Assembly: GCA_027081755.1 (NCBI GenBank)
Contig: JALWJF010000071.1
Coordinates: 1 to 48,257 of the forward strand
Direction: 5' to 3'
Source of the DNA: Desulfurococcales archaeon
Lineage (GTDB): Archaea > Thermoproteota > Thermoprotei_A > Sulfolobales > Ignicoccaceae
DNA length: 48,257 bases
Shown here piece by piece: positions 28,158-37,426 of this stretch (position 1 is its first letter; each line of letters starts with the position of its first letter). The notes beneath the pieces are model-generated. The model was given only the letters and a program-made list of their open reading frames with translations, had not been told where the DNA came from and searched no databases. A program made the translations under genes and the position numbers.

Positions 28158-29867
28158 ATGAGGAGGAGCGCAGTCCTCGTGCTACTCCTCACTGCTGCCC
28201 TACTAGCGATGCCAATGGCCCCCGGAATGGAAGCTTCTAAGACGCTGAACTTAGCGGAGGCAATAGCACATCTAAAGAACGTGAGCCCACAGACTAAGAC
28301 TTGTCTCAGCTGTCACATCAGCGTAACCCCCGGCATAGTGGCCGACTGGCTTAGGAGCAAGATGGCTCACATAACGCCAGCCCAAGCGTGGCAGCTGCCA
28401 CCGTTGGAGAGGGAGATAAGCACCCCGCTAAACCAGATACCGCCCCAGCTAAGACACTATGTAGTAGGATGCTATGAGTGCCATGGTCTCAATCCAAACA
28501 AGCACCCAGACACCATTAACCACTTTGGCTTCAAGATACATCCGATAGTGACTCCAGCCGACTGTGCCACTTGCCACAGGACCGAGGTCCAACAGTATGA
28601 GGCCAGCAGCAAGGCATGGGCTTACTACAACCTGATGCACAACCCGATATACAAGGGACTGGTTGATGCTTCAACCACCTTCATGTGTGCTGCCACAGGC
28701 AAGGTCGAGGGCGGTAAAAACAGCAGCCAAAGGACCAGCTGTCTAGCTTGCCACGGTGACGTGGTCAAGGTCAAGGGCTTCGTAAACACTATAGTTGATG
28801 GTATACCTGTGACCCTCGTAAAGTACAGTGGCTATCCGAACCACGGAGTTGGTAGGGTCAACCCTGACGGCAGCAGGGGCGCTTGTACTGCATGTCACCC
28901 GAGGCACAGCTTCAGCATAGCTATAGCTAGAAGCCCGTACACTTGTGCTCAGTGCCACCTAGACCCCGACGTGCCAGCTTTCAATGTCTGGAAGGAGAGC
29001 AAGCACGGCAACATCTGGATGGTGATGCATAGCCACTTCAACATGAAGGACGTCCCATGGAAGCCCGGAGCAGACTTCACCGCACCAACTTGTGCTACGT
29101 GTCACATGAGCCTGTTAGTGAACCCGGTGACTGGCGAAGTAATAGCTCAGAGGACCCACAACGTAGATACTAGGTTATGGTGGAGGCTGTTCGGACTGAT
29201 TTACGCCCACCCGATGCCAGTTACCGGTAAACACTTCGAACTACGAGTAGAAGCTATGCCGAAAGACACTGCTGACTGGTTGGCCAAGAAGTTCGGCCTG
29301 ACCATAGCTGAGAAGCTGGTAGGCGTAAAGTTACCACTGCCGGTGAGCCTAGCTCCAGACATCAAGACTGGCAAGTGGATCTATGCTAAACTACCTAATG
29401 GACAGCCCGGTTTGATTAGCCCAGCCGAGATGCAGAAGAGAAAGGAGCAAATGATAAAGATATGTATGGCATGCCACAACAAGCAGTATGCCGAGAACCA
29501 GATGGCCCTACTAGATAAGGAAGTGATGGAGACCAACTTGGCTACGCTAAAGGCTACGGTACTACTGTTACAAGCGTGGCAAGACGGTCTAGCTCATGTA
29601 AACTTCAAGAACCCGAGGAGCCTCTTCGATGAGTACATAGAGAAGCTGTGGGTAGAGACTTGGCTGTTCTATGGCAACAGCATAAGGTACGGAACTGCAA
29701 TGATGGGACCGGACTACACTACCTTCAAGAGAGGATGGTACAGGCTCACCGAGGATCTAGCTCACATGGAGATGCTACTGAGGATGTGGGAGGCTGCTAC
29801 TGGCAAGCATAGCAAATTAGTGAGCTTGCTAGACCAGCTAGCAGCTACCAAGGGTCTAGGAGGATAA
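28158..29867 (+). CDS. Octaheme cytochrome c, hydroxylamine oxidoreductase (HAO) family
   Basis: Signal peptide and eight CxxCH motifs (CLSCH, CYECH, CATCH, CLACH, CTACH, CAQCH, CATCH, CMACH); SKHG, APTCATCH. Confidence 0.93.
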   Translation: MRRSAVLVLLLTAALLAMPMAPGMEASKTLNLAEAIAHLKNVSPQTKTCLSCHISVTPGIVADWLRSKMAHITPAQAWQLPPLEREISTPLNQIPPQLRHYVVGCYECHGLNPNKHPDTINHFGFKIHPIVTPADCATCHRTEVQQYEASSKAWAYYNLMHNPIYKGLVDASTTFMCAATGKVEGGKNSSQRTSCLACHGDVVKVKGFVNTIVDGIPVTLVKYSGYPNHGVGRVNPDGSRGACTACHPRHSFSIAIARSPYTCAQCHLDPDVPAFNVWKESKHGNIWMVMHSHFNMKDVPWKPGADFTAPTCATCHMSLLVNPVTGEVIAQRTHNVDTRLWWRLFGLIYAHPMPVTGKHFELRVEAMPKDTADWLAKKFGLTIAEKLVGVKLPLPVSLAPDIKTGKWIYAKLPNGQPGLISPAEMQKRKEQMIKICMACHNKQYAENQMALLDKEVMETNLATLKATVLLLQAWQDGLAHVNFKNPRSLFDEYIEKLWVETWLFYGNSIRYGTAMMGPDYTTFKRGWYRLTEDLAHMEMLLRMWEAATGKHSKLVSLLDQLAATKGLGG

Positions 29868-29880
29868 AGTTCGGGAAAAA

Positions 29881-29890
29881 CTTTTTTTAT
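29881..29890 (+). terminator. Oligo-T archaeal terminator candidate after the octaheme cytochrome gene
   Basis: CTTTTTTTAT about 14 nt after the stop codon. Confidence 0.45.
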
Positions 29891-29910
29891 ACTCCTAAGG
29901 CAAGCTTGTC

Positions 29911-30210
29911 GTGATGTTTGGGAACTCCCTTTGGCTTTATCCATTCCTTTATGCATTAAAGAATAACGTTACACTGAACATATCTTCTACTCTACGCAAG
30001 ACAATGGTGCATTATTCTAAAAAATTAGGCTTTATAAAGGTAACAGAGGACGGTTATCTAAAATTAACAGAAAAAGGAGAAAGATTTCTAGGAAGTTACG
30101 TACCTCTCAATAAGGACTTGAAAAGGCTAAAGGTTAAAGGTGCTGATGGTTGTTTTTTGATAGTGGTTAGGAGGAAGAAGGGAGTTAAAGTCTTCCGCGT
30201 CCCCTGCTAG
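29911..30210 (+). CDS. Hypothetical basic protein, winged-helix-like
   Basis: KKLGFI...YLKLTEKGERFL wing motif. Confidence 0.55.
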   Translation: MMFGNSLWLYPFLYALKNNVTLNISSTLRKTMVHYSKKLGFIKVTEDGYLKLTEKGERFLGSYVPLNKDLKRLKVKGADGCFLIVVRRKKGVKVFRVPC

Positions 30211-30547
30211 CTCTTGGCCTCCTTTCTGGTATATCCTCCTCCGGTGGAGCTTCAGAGTCGTCGAGCTTTACTATTTCCGTTCTCTTGTTAACGTTTATCT
30301 GAACTTCACCTTTGTAGGATGTAGTCCACCCATCTCTTATCTCGACCACTTCTCCAGGTTTTAGGGTACCGGCTTTTTCTCTCCATAAGGTGACCTTGAC
30401 CCTTCCGGTCTCGTCACCTATAATTGCTTCGCTTAGTTCAGCTGGTCCATACTTTGTATTTACAGTTCTCTTTTCACTAACTTCAAGGACTCTGCCTTTT
30501 ACGGTAACACTCCTTTTCTCCTTCAAATCCTTTATTTTATCTACCAT
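30185..30547 (-). CDS. ssb: Crenarchaeal single-stranded DNA-binding protein (single OB fold)
   Basis: KIKDLK, SEAIIGDETGRVKVTLW, WTTSYKGEVQIN; Arg/Gly-rich tail. Confidence 0.92.
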   Translation of the reverse strand: MVDKIKDLKEKRSVTVKGRVLEVSEKRTVNTKYGPAELSEAIIGDETGRVKVTLWREKAGTLKPGEVVEIRDGWTTSYKGEVQINVNKRTEIVKLDDSEAPPEEDIPERRPRASRGRGRL

Positions 30548-30583
30548 AGTTCACCACAGTAACGAAACAGAAAAGGAGAGTTT

Positions 30584-31135
30584 TTATATTAATAGCCAGC
30601 TTAAGGCCTTGACTAGTACGGTTGCTATTAATCCCAAACTTAAATAAAGCAATGCCGATCTCAAACTTCTGTCTGAAATGAAACCTAGTATGAAGAGTTC
30701 TGAATAAGCGATTGAAAGTGATCCTGCTACCTCAGCTCCTTGAGGTAGCTTAACAATAAGAGCGACGAAGAAGGGTATGAGTGCTATAATGGGTATTGCT
30801 AGACTTCCCATTAAGCTCCAAAAGGCTACATAGAGCGCAGAAGAGCTGATAGTCTTAGCATATATAGACTTCTGTAGATCAGCCATCATAGCCTTTTCTA
30901 TTTCTCTTAATTCCTTAATTTTCTCGGTCCTTTCAGTGAGATATACACCCAAGAAGCCACTTAAGAGACCTAAAGAGAGTGCCCCTCCTAGAGCAGCACC
31001 GATGTAGACCTTAGGGTCACTAACTTGGGATGCGCTAGTTCCCATTACGACACCTACTGTTGAAAGGAGTGAGTCTATGGCATTTGTCATGAAGAGTCTT
31101 CTCGCAATCGATTTGGTCTCGGGATCTTGCGTCAT
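30584..31135 (-). CDS. VIT1/CCC1-family membrane protein
   Basis: RRLFMTNAIDSLL, SGFLGVYLTERTE..ELREIEKAM; five hydrophobic segments. Confidence 0.78.
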   Translation of the reverse strand: MTQDPETKSIARRLFMTNAIDSLLSTVGVVMGTSASQVSDPKVYIGAALGGALSLGLLSGFLGVYLTERTEKIKELREIEKAMMADLQKSIYAKTISSSALYVAFWSLMGSLAIPIIALIPFFVALIVKLPQGAEVAGSLSIAYSELFILGFISDRSLRSALLYLSLGLIATVLVKALSWLLI

Positions 31136-31177
31136 TGCCGGCAGTGGAAGCGTTGAGAGGGTGAAAAGAATTGTGGA

Positions 31178-31305
31178 GGCCCGGTCCCAGCACGGGGCGG
31201 CTGCGGCGCCTCTCGGACGCCACTGCCGGACCCCGCGCGACCGGCTTTACTTCCGGGTTCGAGATGGGTCCGGGTGTTGCCCGGTCGCTATGGCCGGGCC
31301 GGGCC
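31178..31305 (-). rRNA. rrf: 5S rRNA (unlinked); ends approximate
   Basis: CGGCCATAGCG...ACACCCGGACCCATCTCGAACCCGGAAGTAAAGCC...CCGAGAGG; terminal helix GGCCCGG/CCGGGCC; TTTAAAA box about 25 nt upstream. Confidence 0.95.
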
Positions 31306-31336
31306 GTGGAGGGCTATGCAGAAGCACTTTTAAATG

Positions 31337-31400
31337 TTACGGTCGGTGCCCGGCTAATTCCTCACCTTTCGGTTCCGCCATAGTAGACCTCATCCCGTAA
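31337..31400 (-). ncRNA. Candidate C/D-box sRNA between cedA1 and the 5S promoter
   Basis: TTACGG-G-ATGAGG-guide-CCGA-AAG-GTGAGGA-ATTAGCCGGGCA-CCGA-CCGTAA; perfect 6-bp terminal stem. Confidence 0.72.
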
Positions 31401-31680
31401 CCTTAACTGGAGGCTGGATCGTTACTGTAGTCTGAGGTGCGAATTGTTTTGCTAGTGTAGTTATTATAAAGAATACTGTGCTGCCGAGTGCGAGCCATAT
31501 AGCAGCTATAATAGCATCTTCCACGAAGCTATGCCCTATTCTCTTTATCCTGGAGATAGGTATAGGAGAACCCCTGAGCAACCAACCTATTACCCATGAA
31601 AGGCCCACTAAGCCCCAAGCTGCTATAGCTACCTTAGCAGTTAGATCACTTATTAAGTTAATTATATCTGTGAATCCCAA
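31390..31680 (-). CDS. cedA1: Crenarchaeal DNA-import pilin CedA1
   Basis: W..GW.LRGSPIP..R.KR.G...EDAI.AA.W.A.GSTVF..IT signature; two TM helices. Confidence 0.88.
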   Translation of the reverse strand: MGFTDIINLISDLTAKVAIAAWGLVGLSWVIGWLLRGSPIPISRIKRIGHSFVEDAIIAAIWLALGSTVFFIITTLAKQFAPQTTVTIQPPVKVTG

Positions 31681-31784
31681 GTTTAACCCCTCAGTTTGAA
31701 CAAAAGTTTAAGACAATGAGAGAGCGTCAACAAAACTGCCGAGCTTAAATATATGGTATCTGAGTGGCTATGTAAGGGGGTAAT

Positions 31785-32213
31785 GTGACTGAGAAGGAAG
31801 CTAAAAAGGAGATAAAGATAGATAAGGAGAGGATAAAGAAGGAGGTAATTGAAAAAGTATTGAAACAAGTCCATGATCCCGAAATACCTATAAGTGTGTG
31901 GGACTTAGGGTTAGTATATGATATAGATGTGACCGATGACGGAGTAGTTAAGATAAAGATGACACTAACCTCTCCGGCATGCCCCGTTGCCGGTCAGATA
32001 TTGTGGCAAATAGTAAATATGACAAAGAGCATACCGGGCGTAAAGGACGTTGATATCGATCTAACGTTTGAGCCTCCATGGACTCCATTCAAGATGACTG
32101 AGGAGGGGAGGAAGAAGTATAAGGAATTGTTCGGTTATGATATCGTTGAAGAATATAAAGCTAAATACGGAGACGAGGAAGGATATCTAAGGGCAATGGG
32201 TTATATCGACTAA
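31785..32213 (+). CDS. DUF59/SufT/MIP18 Fe-S cluster assembly protein
   Basis: V.DPEIPIS..DLGLVY, MTLTSPACP, LTFEPPW. Confidence 0.92.
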   Translation: MTEKEAKKEIKIDKERIKKEVIEKVLKQVHDPEIPISVWDLGLVYDIDVTDDGVVKIKMTLTSPACPVAGQILWQIVNMTKSIPGVKDVDIDLTFEPPWTPFKMTEEGRKKYKELFGYDIVEEYKAKYGDEEGYLRAMGYID

Positions 32214-32716
32214 TCGCGTTTCGATAATTCTCTCATCCTCTTCGCTATTCCTAGTTCCTCTATGACTTTTGCTACTGGCTCTGGAACCAGTTCCCTCCAC
32301 GAAGGATCTCCAGAGAGTAGCATAGCCCTAATGTTCGTGGCTACGTATTTGTCTCTCTGAAATGCTGGAGGCTCCAAAACTTTGTAACCGGCTTCTTCGA
32401 ACAGTACCTTTACCAAGGGGTTCCTCGTGACTACGACCTCAAATGGTGGGACATAAGTTCTTACGTGAGCTACCCAAGCCGCATTCATTAGAATATCTGG
32501 AACTGGTACTATGTATATTCTATCTAAGTATTCCTTTAGCGTTTCCCTAATAGCAAGGATCCTTTCCCCTGCAGTCATAGGGTTTTGGAGTGTATGACTC
32601 TCTTGAGCACTCCCAACAACTATTATAAGTTCATCAACTTTGTTCAAGGCCCAATTCACAAGTTTTAGATGTCCTTTATGGAATGGTTGAAACCTCCCGG
32701 GCAGAATAGCTCTCAT
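32210..32716 (-). CDS. nadM: Nicotinamide-nucleotide adenylyltransferase
   Basis: GRFQPFHKGH, GSAQESH..NPMTAGER motifs. Confidence 0.95.
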   Translation of the reverse strand: MRAILPGRFQPFHKGHLKLVNWALNKVDELIIVVGSAQESHTLQNPMTAGERILAIRETLKEYLDRIYIVPVPDILMNAAWVAHVRTYVPPFEVVVTRNPLVKVLFEEAGYKVLEPPAFQRDKYVATNIRAMLLSGDPSWRELVPEPVAKVIEELGIAKRMRELSKRD

Positions 32717-33459
32717 TCTATCACCACCAAGTCTCCCGGCTTGACTCTTAGCGCTTTAGCAGCACTTCCCATATATTGGGCAATTTCTACGTAACCAAAG
32801 GAATTTATATAAACAGCTAATTCTCTTGGCTTCACTTCAGAAAACGTTCTGACAACCTTTGCTTCTTTTCCATTTACTTTAACCTTTTGACCTATATCGA
32901 AAGGTAATTCTTTAGCCCATGTCATAATATTCCCAAAGTTGTCTATGTATATCACATTAGTCCTAATTTTTTCACCCACTTCCCTAACTAGCGTTATATT
33001 TAGGGGCTTAAGTTCTGTCTCTTCGCCTAATTCTTCTAGGCTCCCCCTACAGTCCAGAAACGCTCCTGCTGGGGCGAATATGTCTCTACCATGAAACGTA
33101 TAAGACTCAAATGGGACAAGTTTCTTCTCTATTTTAACTACTTTGCTCACTCCATACTCTTTGGCAGCTAACCACAAGACTCCATTATTTGGTGCAACGA
33201 GATATCTATTACCAATTCTAGCAGCTATGGCTTCTCTCTCACTACCAACCCCAGGGTCGACAACGACAACCAAGACATCGTTTTCCTTCATATGTGGAAC
33301 GGTGACGAGTGTAGCTACAGCTCCTTCCAAGATATCAAAAGGTCTTATACCGTGGGTAACATCTATAACCTCGGATTTTGGACATACATTCTTAGCAACG
33401 ATCTTCAATATTCCAGCATACACATCTTTGTAACCGTAGTCAGTTATTAAACCCAGCAC
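32713..33459 (-). CDS. SAM hydroxide adenosyltransferase (DUF62) family
   Basis: ITDYG..D.Y, DVTH, VVDPGVGSER, TFHGRDIFAP, IDNFGN; start GTG 33459 with GGAGG RBS. Confidence 0.92.
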   Translation of the reverse strand: MLGLITDYGYKDVYAGILKIVAKNVCPKSEVIDVTHGIRPFDILEGAVATLVTVPHMKENDVLVVVVDPGVGSEREAIAARIGNRYLVAPNNGVLWLAAKEYGVSKVVKIEKKLVPFESYTFHGRDIFAPAGAFLDCRGSLEELGEETELKPLNITLVREVGEKIRTNVIYIDNFGNIMTWAKELPFDIGQKVKVNGKEAKVVRTFSEVKPRELAVYINSFGYVEIAQYMGSAAKALRVKPGDLVVIE

Positions 33460-33527
33460 AGAACCTCCCAAAGGTTCCATATAAAGGCTATAATAATCAC
33501 GTACCCTCTGAGTTCGGTAGGTCATAG

Positions 33528-34655
33528 ATGAAGAGGCTCCAGCTCCTATTGCCGGGTCCAGTAAGCTTACACCCAGAGGTCGAACTAAGCCAATCATTAC
33601 CCATGATAAACCATAGAGGTCCAGAATTTAGAGAATTAATGAAGGAAGTCGCGAGCAAGTTACAAAAGGTCTTTGGTACCGAGAATGTGGCCCTATTGAC
33701 GGCATCTGGAACGGGTGCCGTTGAAGCCATGGTCGCCAACTTCGTTAAACCGAAGGAAAAAATGTTGATCATCCAGACCGGAGTTTTCAGTGACAGAATG
33801 GCTAAGATAGCAAGGATTTTAGGCGCTGACGTGGAGCTGGTAGAACCCCCAGAAGGAGAGGGCATATCTCCAGAAGAATTGGACTCAAGACTTAAAGAAA
33901 GTAAGGCGACCGCTGTGGGAATAGTTGCTAACGAAACGAGCACGGGAGTGGTGCATAGGAACTTGCTAGAGCTAGCTAAGGTTACACATGAGAATGATGC
34001 TATAATTCTAGTTGATGCAGTTAGCTATTTAGGAGGTCATGAATTAGATATGGAAGTAATGGATTTAGATGCAGTTGCTTCTGCAACTCAAAAAGCGTTA
34101 ATGGCCCCACCTGGCCTGTCGTTTGTTGCTTTTAGAGAGAGAGCGGAGGAAAAGATGAAGGAAGTGCCAAAGAGGAGCTTATATTGGGATTTAGAATTGT
34201 ATAAGAAGTTCTATGAGGAGAAATATGAGACGCCAGCCACTCCGGCTGTGAGTTTAGTCTATGCGCTGAACAAAGCATTAGGCATAATATTGGACTATGG
34301 TCTCAATAATTGGATAAGGAGACACGAGGTATTCTCAAAGGTTATGAATGAACTCGTTGAAAAGGCTGGAGGCGCGGTTTACCCGAAGGAAGGTTGGAGA
34401 TCAAACACGATAGTGGTTCCAATATTACCGGAAGGTGTGACCCCAGCTGAAGCGAAGAGAATTGCTAGAGAACGCTGGGGATTGGACATAGGAGGCGGTG
34501 GGTGGAAGATAAAGGAGAAGAGTGTGAGGATAGGTACCATGGGCTGGTACGACGTTGATGTAGTGCATAGAGCTTTGAGGTTTTTAGCCGACCTCTATGG
34601 AGCTGGTAATGATCTGGTGGATGAAACGTTTAGGAAGTACTTAGACAACATCTAG
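33528..34655 (+). CDS. Class V PLP aminotransferase (serine-pyruvate/phosphoserine type)
   Basis: LLPGP, NHRGPEF, SGTGAVEA, NETSTG, VDAVS, TQKALMAPPG, RIGTMG. Confidence 0.93.
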   Translation: MKRLQLLLPGPVSLHPEVELSQSLPMINHRGPEFRELMKEVASKLQKVFGTENVALLTASGTGAVEAMVANFVKPKEKMLIIQTGVFSDRMAKIARILGADVELVEPPEGEGISPEELDSRLKESKATAVGIVANETSTGVVHRNLLELAKVTHENDAIILVDAVSYLGGHELDMEVMDLDAVASATQKALMAPPGLSFVAFRERAEEKMKEVPKRSLYWDLELYKKFYEEKYETPATPAVSLVYALNKALGIILDYGLNNWIRRHEVFSKVMNELVEKAGGAVYPKEGWRSNTIVVPILPEGVTPAEAKRIARERWGLDIGGGGWKIKEKSVRIGTMGWYDVDVVHRALRFLADLYGAGNDLVDETFRKYLDNI

Positions 34656-35060
34656 CCTCATTTTTGGACCTATGAAGCTAAGCCTTGTCTTCATTATTCC
34701 AAAACCCATGGGTTTTACTGTAGCGTTTCCGAGCCTAACTAAGGTGTCTCCACAAGCCCAAAAACCGTTCAATTCTGGGCAAGGAGCTTTTCCTTCTAAG
34801 AGAGCATTGAAGGCCTCTATAGGATTCCCCTTTAGACCTCTTGGCTCAAATGCTCTCAAGAGGATAGTAATTTTACTTCTTATTACAAGTTGTTTTAATA
34901 CTTCATCTCTCTTTAAGATTGCGAACCCCCTCCAATCCAAATACTTCCAAGGGTTTTCAGTAATGATAATCTTAGGTGGCTTCTCCACGAAGGCCACAAG
35001 CTTGAGATCTCCCCCACTCACCAAGGGCAAAGGATAAGGTAGGATTACTTTAACCTTCAA
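34641..35060 (-). CDS. Hypothetical protein
   Basis: Translationally coupled (TTGA overlap) to lysJ; fills the gap; no recognised motif. Confidence 0.55.
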   Translation of the reverse strand: MKVKVILPYPLPLVSGGDLKLVAFVEKPPKIIITENPWKYLDWRGFAILKRDEVLKQLVIRSKITILLRAFEPRGLKGNPIEAFNALLEGKAPCPELNGFWACGDTLVRLGNATVKPMGFGIMKTRLSFIGPKMRLDVV

Positions 35061-36211
35061 TTGTTTTGCAACACCTCCTTCAATGTATTTACGGTGAAAT
35101 GAATGTCTTCTTCGTTGGTTACGTATGGTGGTAACATCCTTAGTACTGTGGTTCCAGCCTTCAATGTTAGTATACCTCTCTTCTGCAACTCCTGAATGTA
35201 CTTGCTCGGTTTTACTCTAAGTTCGACGCCTATCATCAGTCCTATGGCCCTTGCCTCCCTAACTATTCTGACATCCTTCAACTTCTCTTCAAACAAATCT
35301 TGGAACAATTTTCCCTTCTCTCTAGCTTTTTCTGGAACCTTGTCCTCTATTAGGACATCTATGGCACCACTGACTGCAGCTAGCGCAGTTGGGTTGGCTC
35401 CATAAGTAGAGCCGTGCATACCACTGGTAATACTCTCAGCGATCTTATCGTTTACAGCCACCATGGATACCGGGTATCCGTTACCTATTGCCTTGGCACT
35501 CAACAAAATGTCGGGGTCAGGGGCCCCCAGTCTTTGGTATGCCCAGATATAGCCAGTTCTGCCAAATCCAGCTTGTATTTCGTCATACACTAGAACAGCT
35601 CCTACCTCTCTGGCTCTCTTGGCTAAGGCTTGGACAAACTCCGGTGTAAGTGGATTTATGCCCCCTTCCCCCTGAACGGGTTCTATGAAGACTGCTGCTA
35701 CTTCTTCATCTATCTTATCTATTTCTTCTAATGAATTAGGTGTGATGAATACTACATCCTTGTAAAGTACTTCTTCTACGGGTTTGCGGTACTCCTTACC
35801 CCAAGTTAGACTCAATGATGCTAAAGTCCTTCCATGGAAGGATTTTTTCAAAGCAATTACTTTCTTTCTGCCAGTATAGTTCATGACCAGTTTGAAGGCA
35901 AGTTCAACCGCCTCAGTTCCGGAGTTCTGGAAGTATACGTTCAAGAGGCTAGAAGGTAAGACCTTTGGGAGCTTTTCTAATACCTCGTCTTTCGCAGGGT
36001 CATCGAAGCTAGGAGAATTTATCATTAAAGTACCCAACTGTTCCACTATCTTCGCTATTACTTTGGGGTTTCTATGACCTAGAAAGCCCACGCCGTAGCC
36101 GTTGTAGTAGTCGAGATATCTGTTCCAGTGCTCATCCCATACGTATTGCATCCAAGCCTTAACTATCTTTAGTCCTCTGGGAGCATAAAATCTGAGCAAT
36201 TTCGCTCTCAT
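35057..36211 (-). CDS. lysJ: [LysW]-aminoadipate/glutamate semialdehyde transaminase (class III)
   Basis: LLRFY..RGL, QYVWD, NSGTEAVE, FHGRT, EPVQGEGG, DEIQAGFGRTG, HGSTYGANP, KAGTTVLRMLPP. Confidence 0.88.
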   Translation of the reverse strand: MRAKLLRFYAPRGLKIVKAWMQYVWDEHWNRYLDYYNGYGVGFLGHRNPKVIAKIVEQLGTLMINSPSFDDPAKDEVLEKLPKVLPSSLLNVYFQNSGTEAVELAFKLVMNYTGRKKVIALKKSFHGRTLASLSLTWGKEYRKPVEEVLYKDVVFITPNSLEEIDKIDEEVAAVFIEPVQGEGGINPLTPEFVQALAKRAREVGAVLVYDEIQAGFGRTGYIWAYQRLGAPDPDILLSAKAIGNGYPVSMVAVNDKIAESITSGMHGSTYGANPTALAAVSGAIDVLIEDKVPEKAREKGKLFQDLFEEKLKDVRIVREARAIGLMIGVELRVKPSKYIQELQKRGILTLKAGTTVLRMLPPYVTNEEDIHFTVNTLKEVLQNN

Positions 36212-36247
36212 CGCTTCTACCGCCTTTTTAGAGGGTCGGAGAGACCT

Positions 36248-37426
36248 TTACAATTCTACTTCTCTGCCATCCTCGAGAATCTCAAAGCCGTACTCTTTAG
36301 CTACCGACCTTAAACAAGCCTTGTCTCCATGAAATAAGAATACTCTGTTGGCTCCACTCTTAGAAATAAAATGAAACAGTTCTTGCCTTGAGGCGTGTCT
36401 AGAAATCTTTAAGTGAAGATCGGGCCCTCTAACAACTCCTTTGTTACCTAGGGGATCTTCGATTTCAACCCTTTCCCCTTCTAGGAGTTTTGAAGCGGGT
36501 TCGAAGAGATGTCCCATGGTTACGTACCTTATACCTTTCAAGACCCACCAGACGCTCATGCCCCCGCTTAAGGAACCCGAAGGAGCAACTACTACCGTCC
36601 CTGGCCTTGCCAAATTCTTTCTCTCCCCTAAGGTTTTGGGCACTACAACAAAATCCATTAATTTCTTTCTACTTCCGTTTAGCCAAGAAATTACTTCCGA
36701 CCTAGAGAGGTATTCCAGCATATCGTCATAAACCTTAGTGGCATCTACAGCCATGCCTTCTAACACTATATGATTTAACGGTAATGAGTCCTTGTAGTTG
36801 ATCAAAAACTTTAGAACTTCTTGAGCCTTTCCTACAGCGTTGGTGGCGATTAATACTGGACCGCTTCCCAAGTTCTTTTTTAAGAACATATAGAGTTTGG
36901 ACCACTCCTTTTTAGCGGAGGGCCTGTCCTCACAAAGGTATGATCCCTCTATGATCAAGTTTTCAGCCTTGGGTACGTTATTGTGCCAATGGTCTAAGAG
37001 AAAGCTCGAAGTACCTAGATCGCCAGTATATAGGAGCTCCTTGTTGTCACATTCTATCTTGATTAATGAACTGCCTAATATATGTGACGCATTGAAGAAT
37101 GTAATAGTAGCCCCTTCCAGCTCAAAGGAGACCTCATATGGTTTGTATACAGCTTTGGTCAAGCTCTTTTGTAATTCTTGGATAGTCCATGGTAATGAAG
37201 GATCCAAGGACTTGGCATCCGTTAGGAGTATTCTGGACAGTGCTAGCGTGGGTAAAGTGGCGTATACACGTTTGCCCGGAGAATAACGTGTATGATCCAA
37301 ATGGGCGTGACTCAGAATAACTTTATCTTCTTTAACAGGAACGCCAGCATCTAAAGAGAATTTACCTTTACAAGAAACTCCTACTGCAACTCCTCCAAAA
37401 CCAGTACCGTATGGTAAGAGCCTCAA
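36248..37426 (-). CDS. MBL/beta-CASP ribonuclease-like protein
   Basis: SHAHLDH, ASHILGS, YTGDLG, GKAQE, SRHAS, FHGD. Confidence 0.88.
   Translation of the reverse strand: MRLLPYGTGFGGVAVGVSCKGKFSLDAGVPVKEDKVILSHAHLDHTRYSPGKRVYATLPTLALSRILLTDAKSLDPSLPWTIQELQKSLTKAVYKPYEVSFELEGATITFFNASHILGSSLIKIECDNKELLYTGDLGTSSFLLDHWHNNVPKAENLIIEGSYLCEDRPSAKKEWSKLYMFLKKNLGSGPVLIATNAVGKAQEVLKFLINYKDSLPLNHIVLEGMAVDATKVYDDMLEYLSRSEVISWLNGSRKKLMDFVVVPKTLGERKNLARPGTVVVAPSGSLSGGMSVWWVLKGIRYVTMGHLFEPASKLLEGERVEIEDPLGNKGVVRGPDLHLKISRHASRQELFHFISKSGANRVFLFHGDKACLRSVAKEYGFEILEDGREVEL

Noticed and set aside
31035-31400. ORFs 31077..31400, 31171..31383 and 31035..31223
   Set aside because: GC-rich shadows of the 5S rRNA and the adjacent sRNA.
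33460-33597. Head-to-head overlap of the DUF62 and aminotransferase genes
   Set aside because: Artefact of longest-ORF calling; DUF62 starts at GTG 33459 with a GGAGG RBS.
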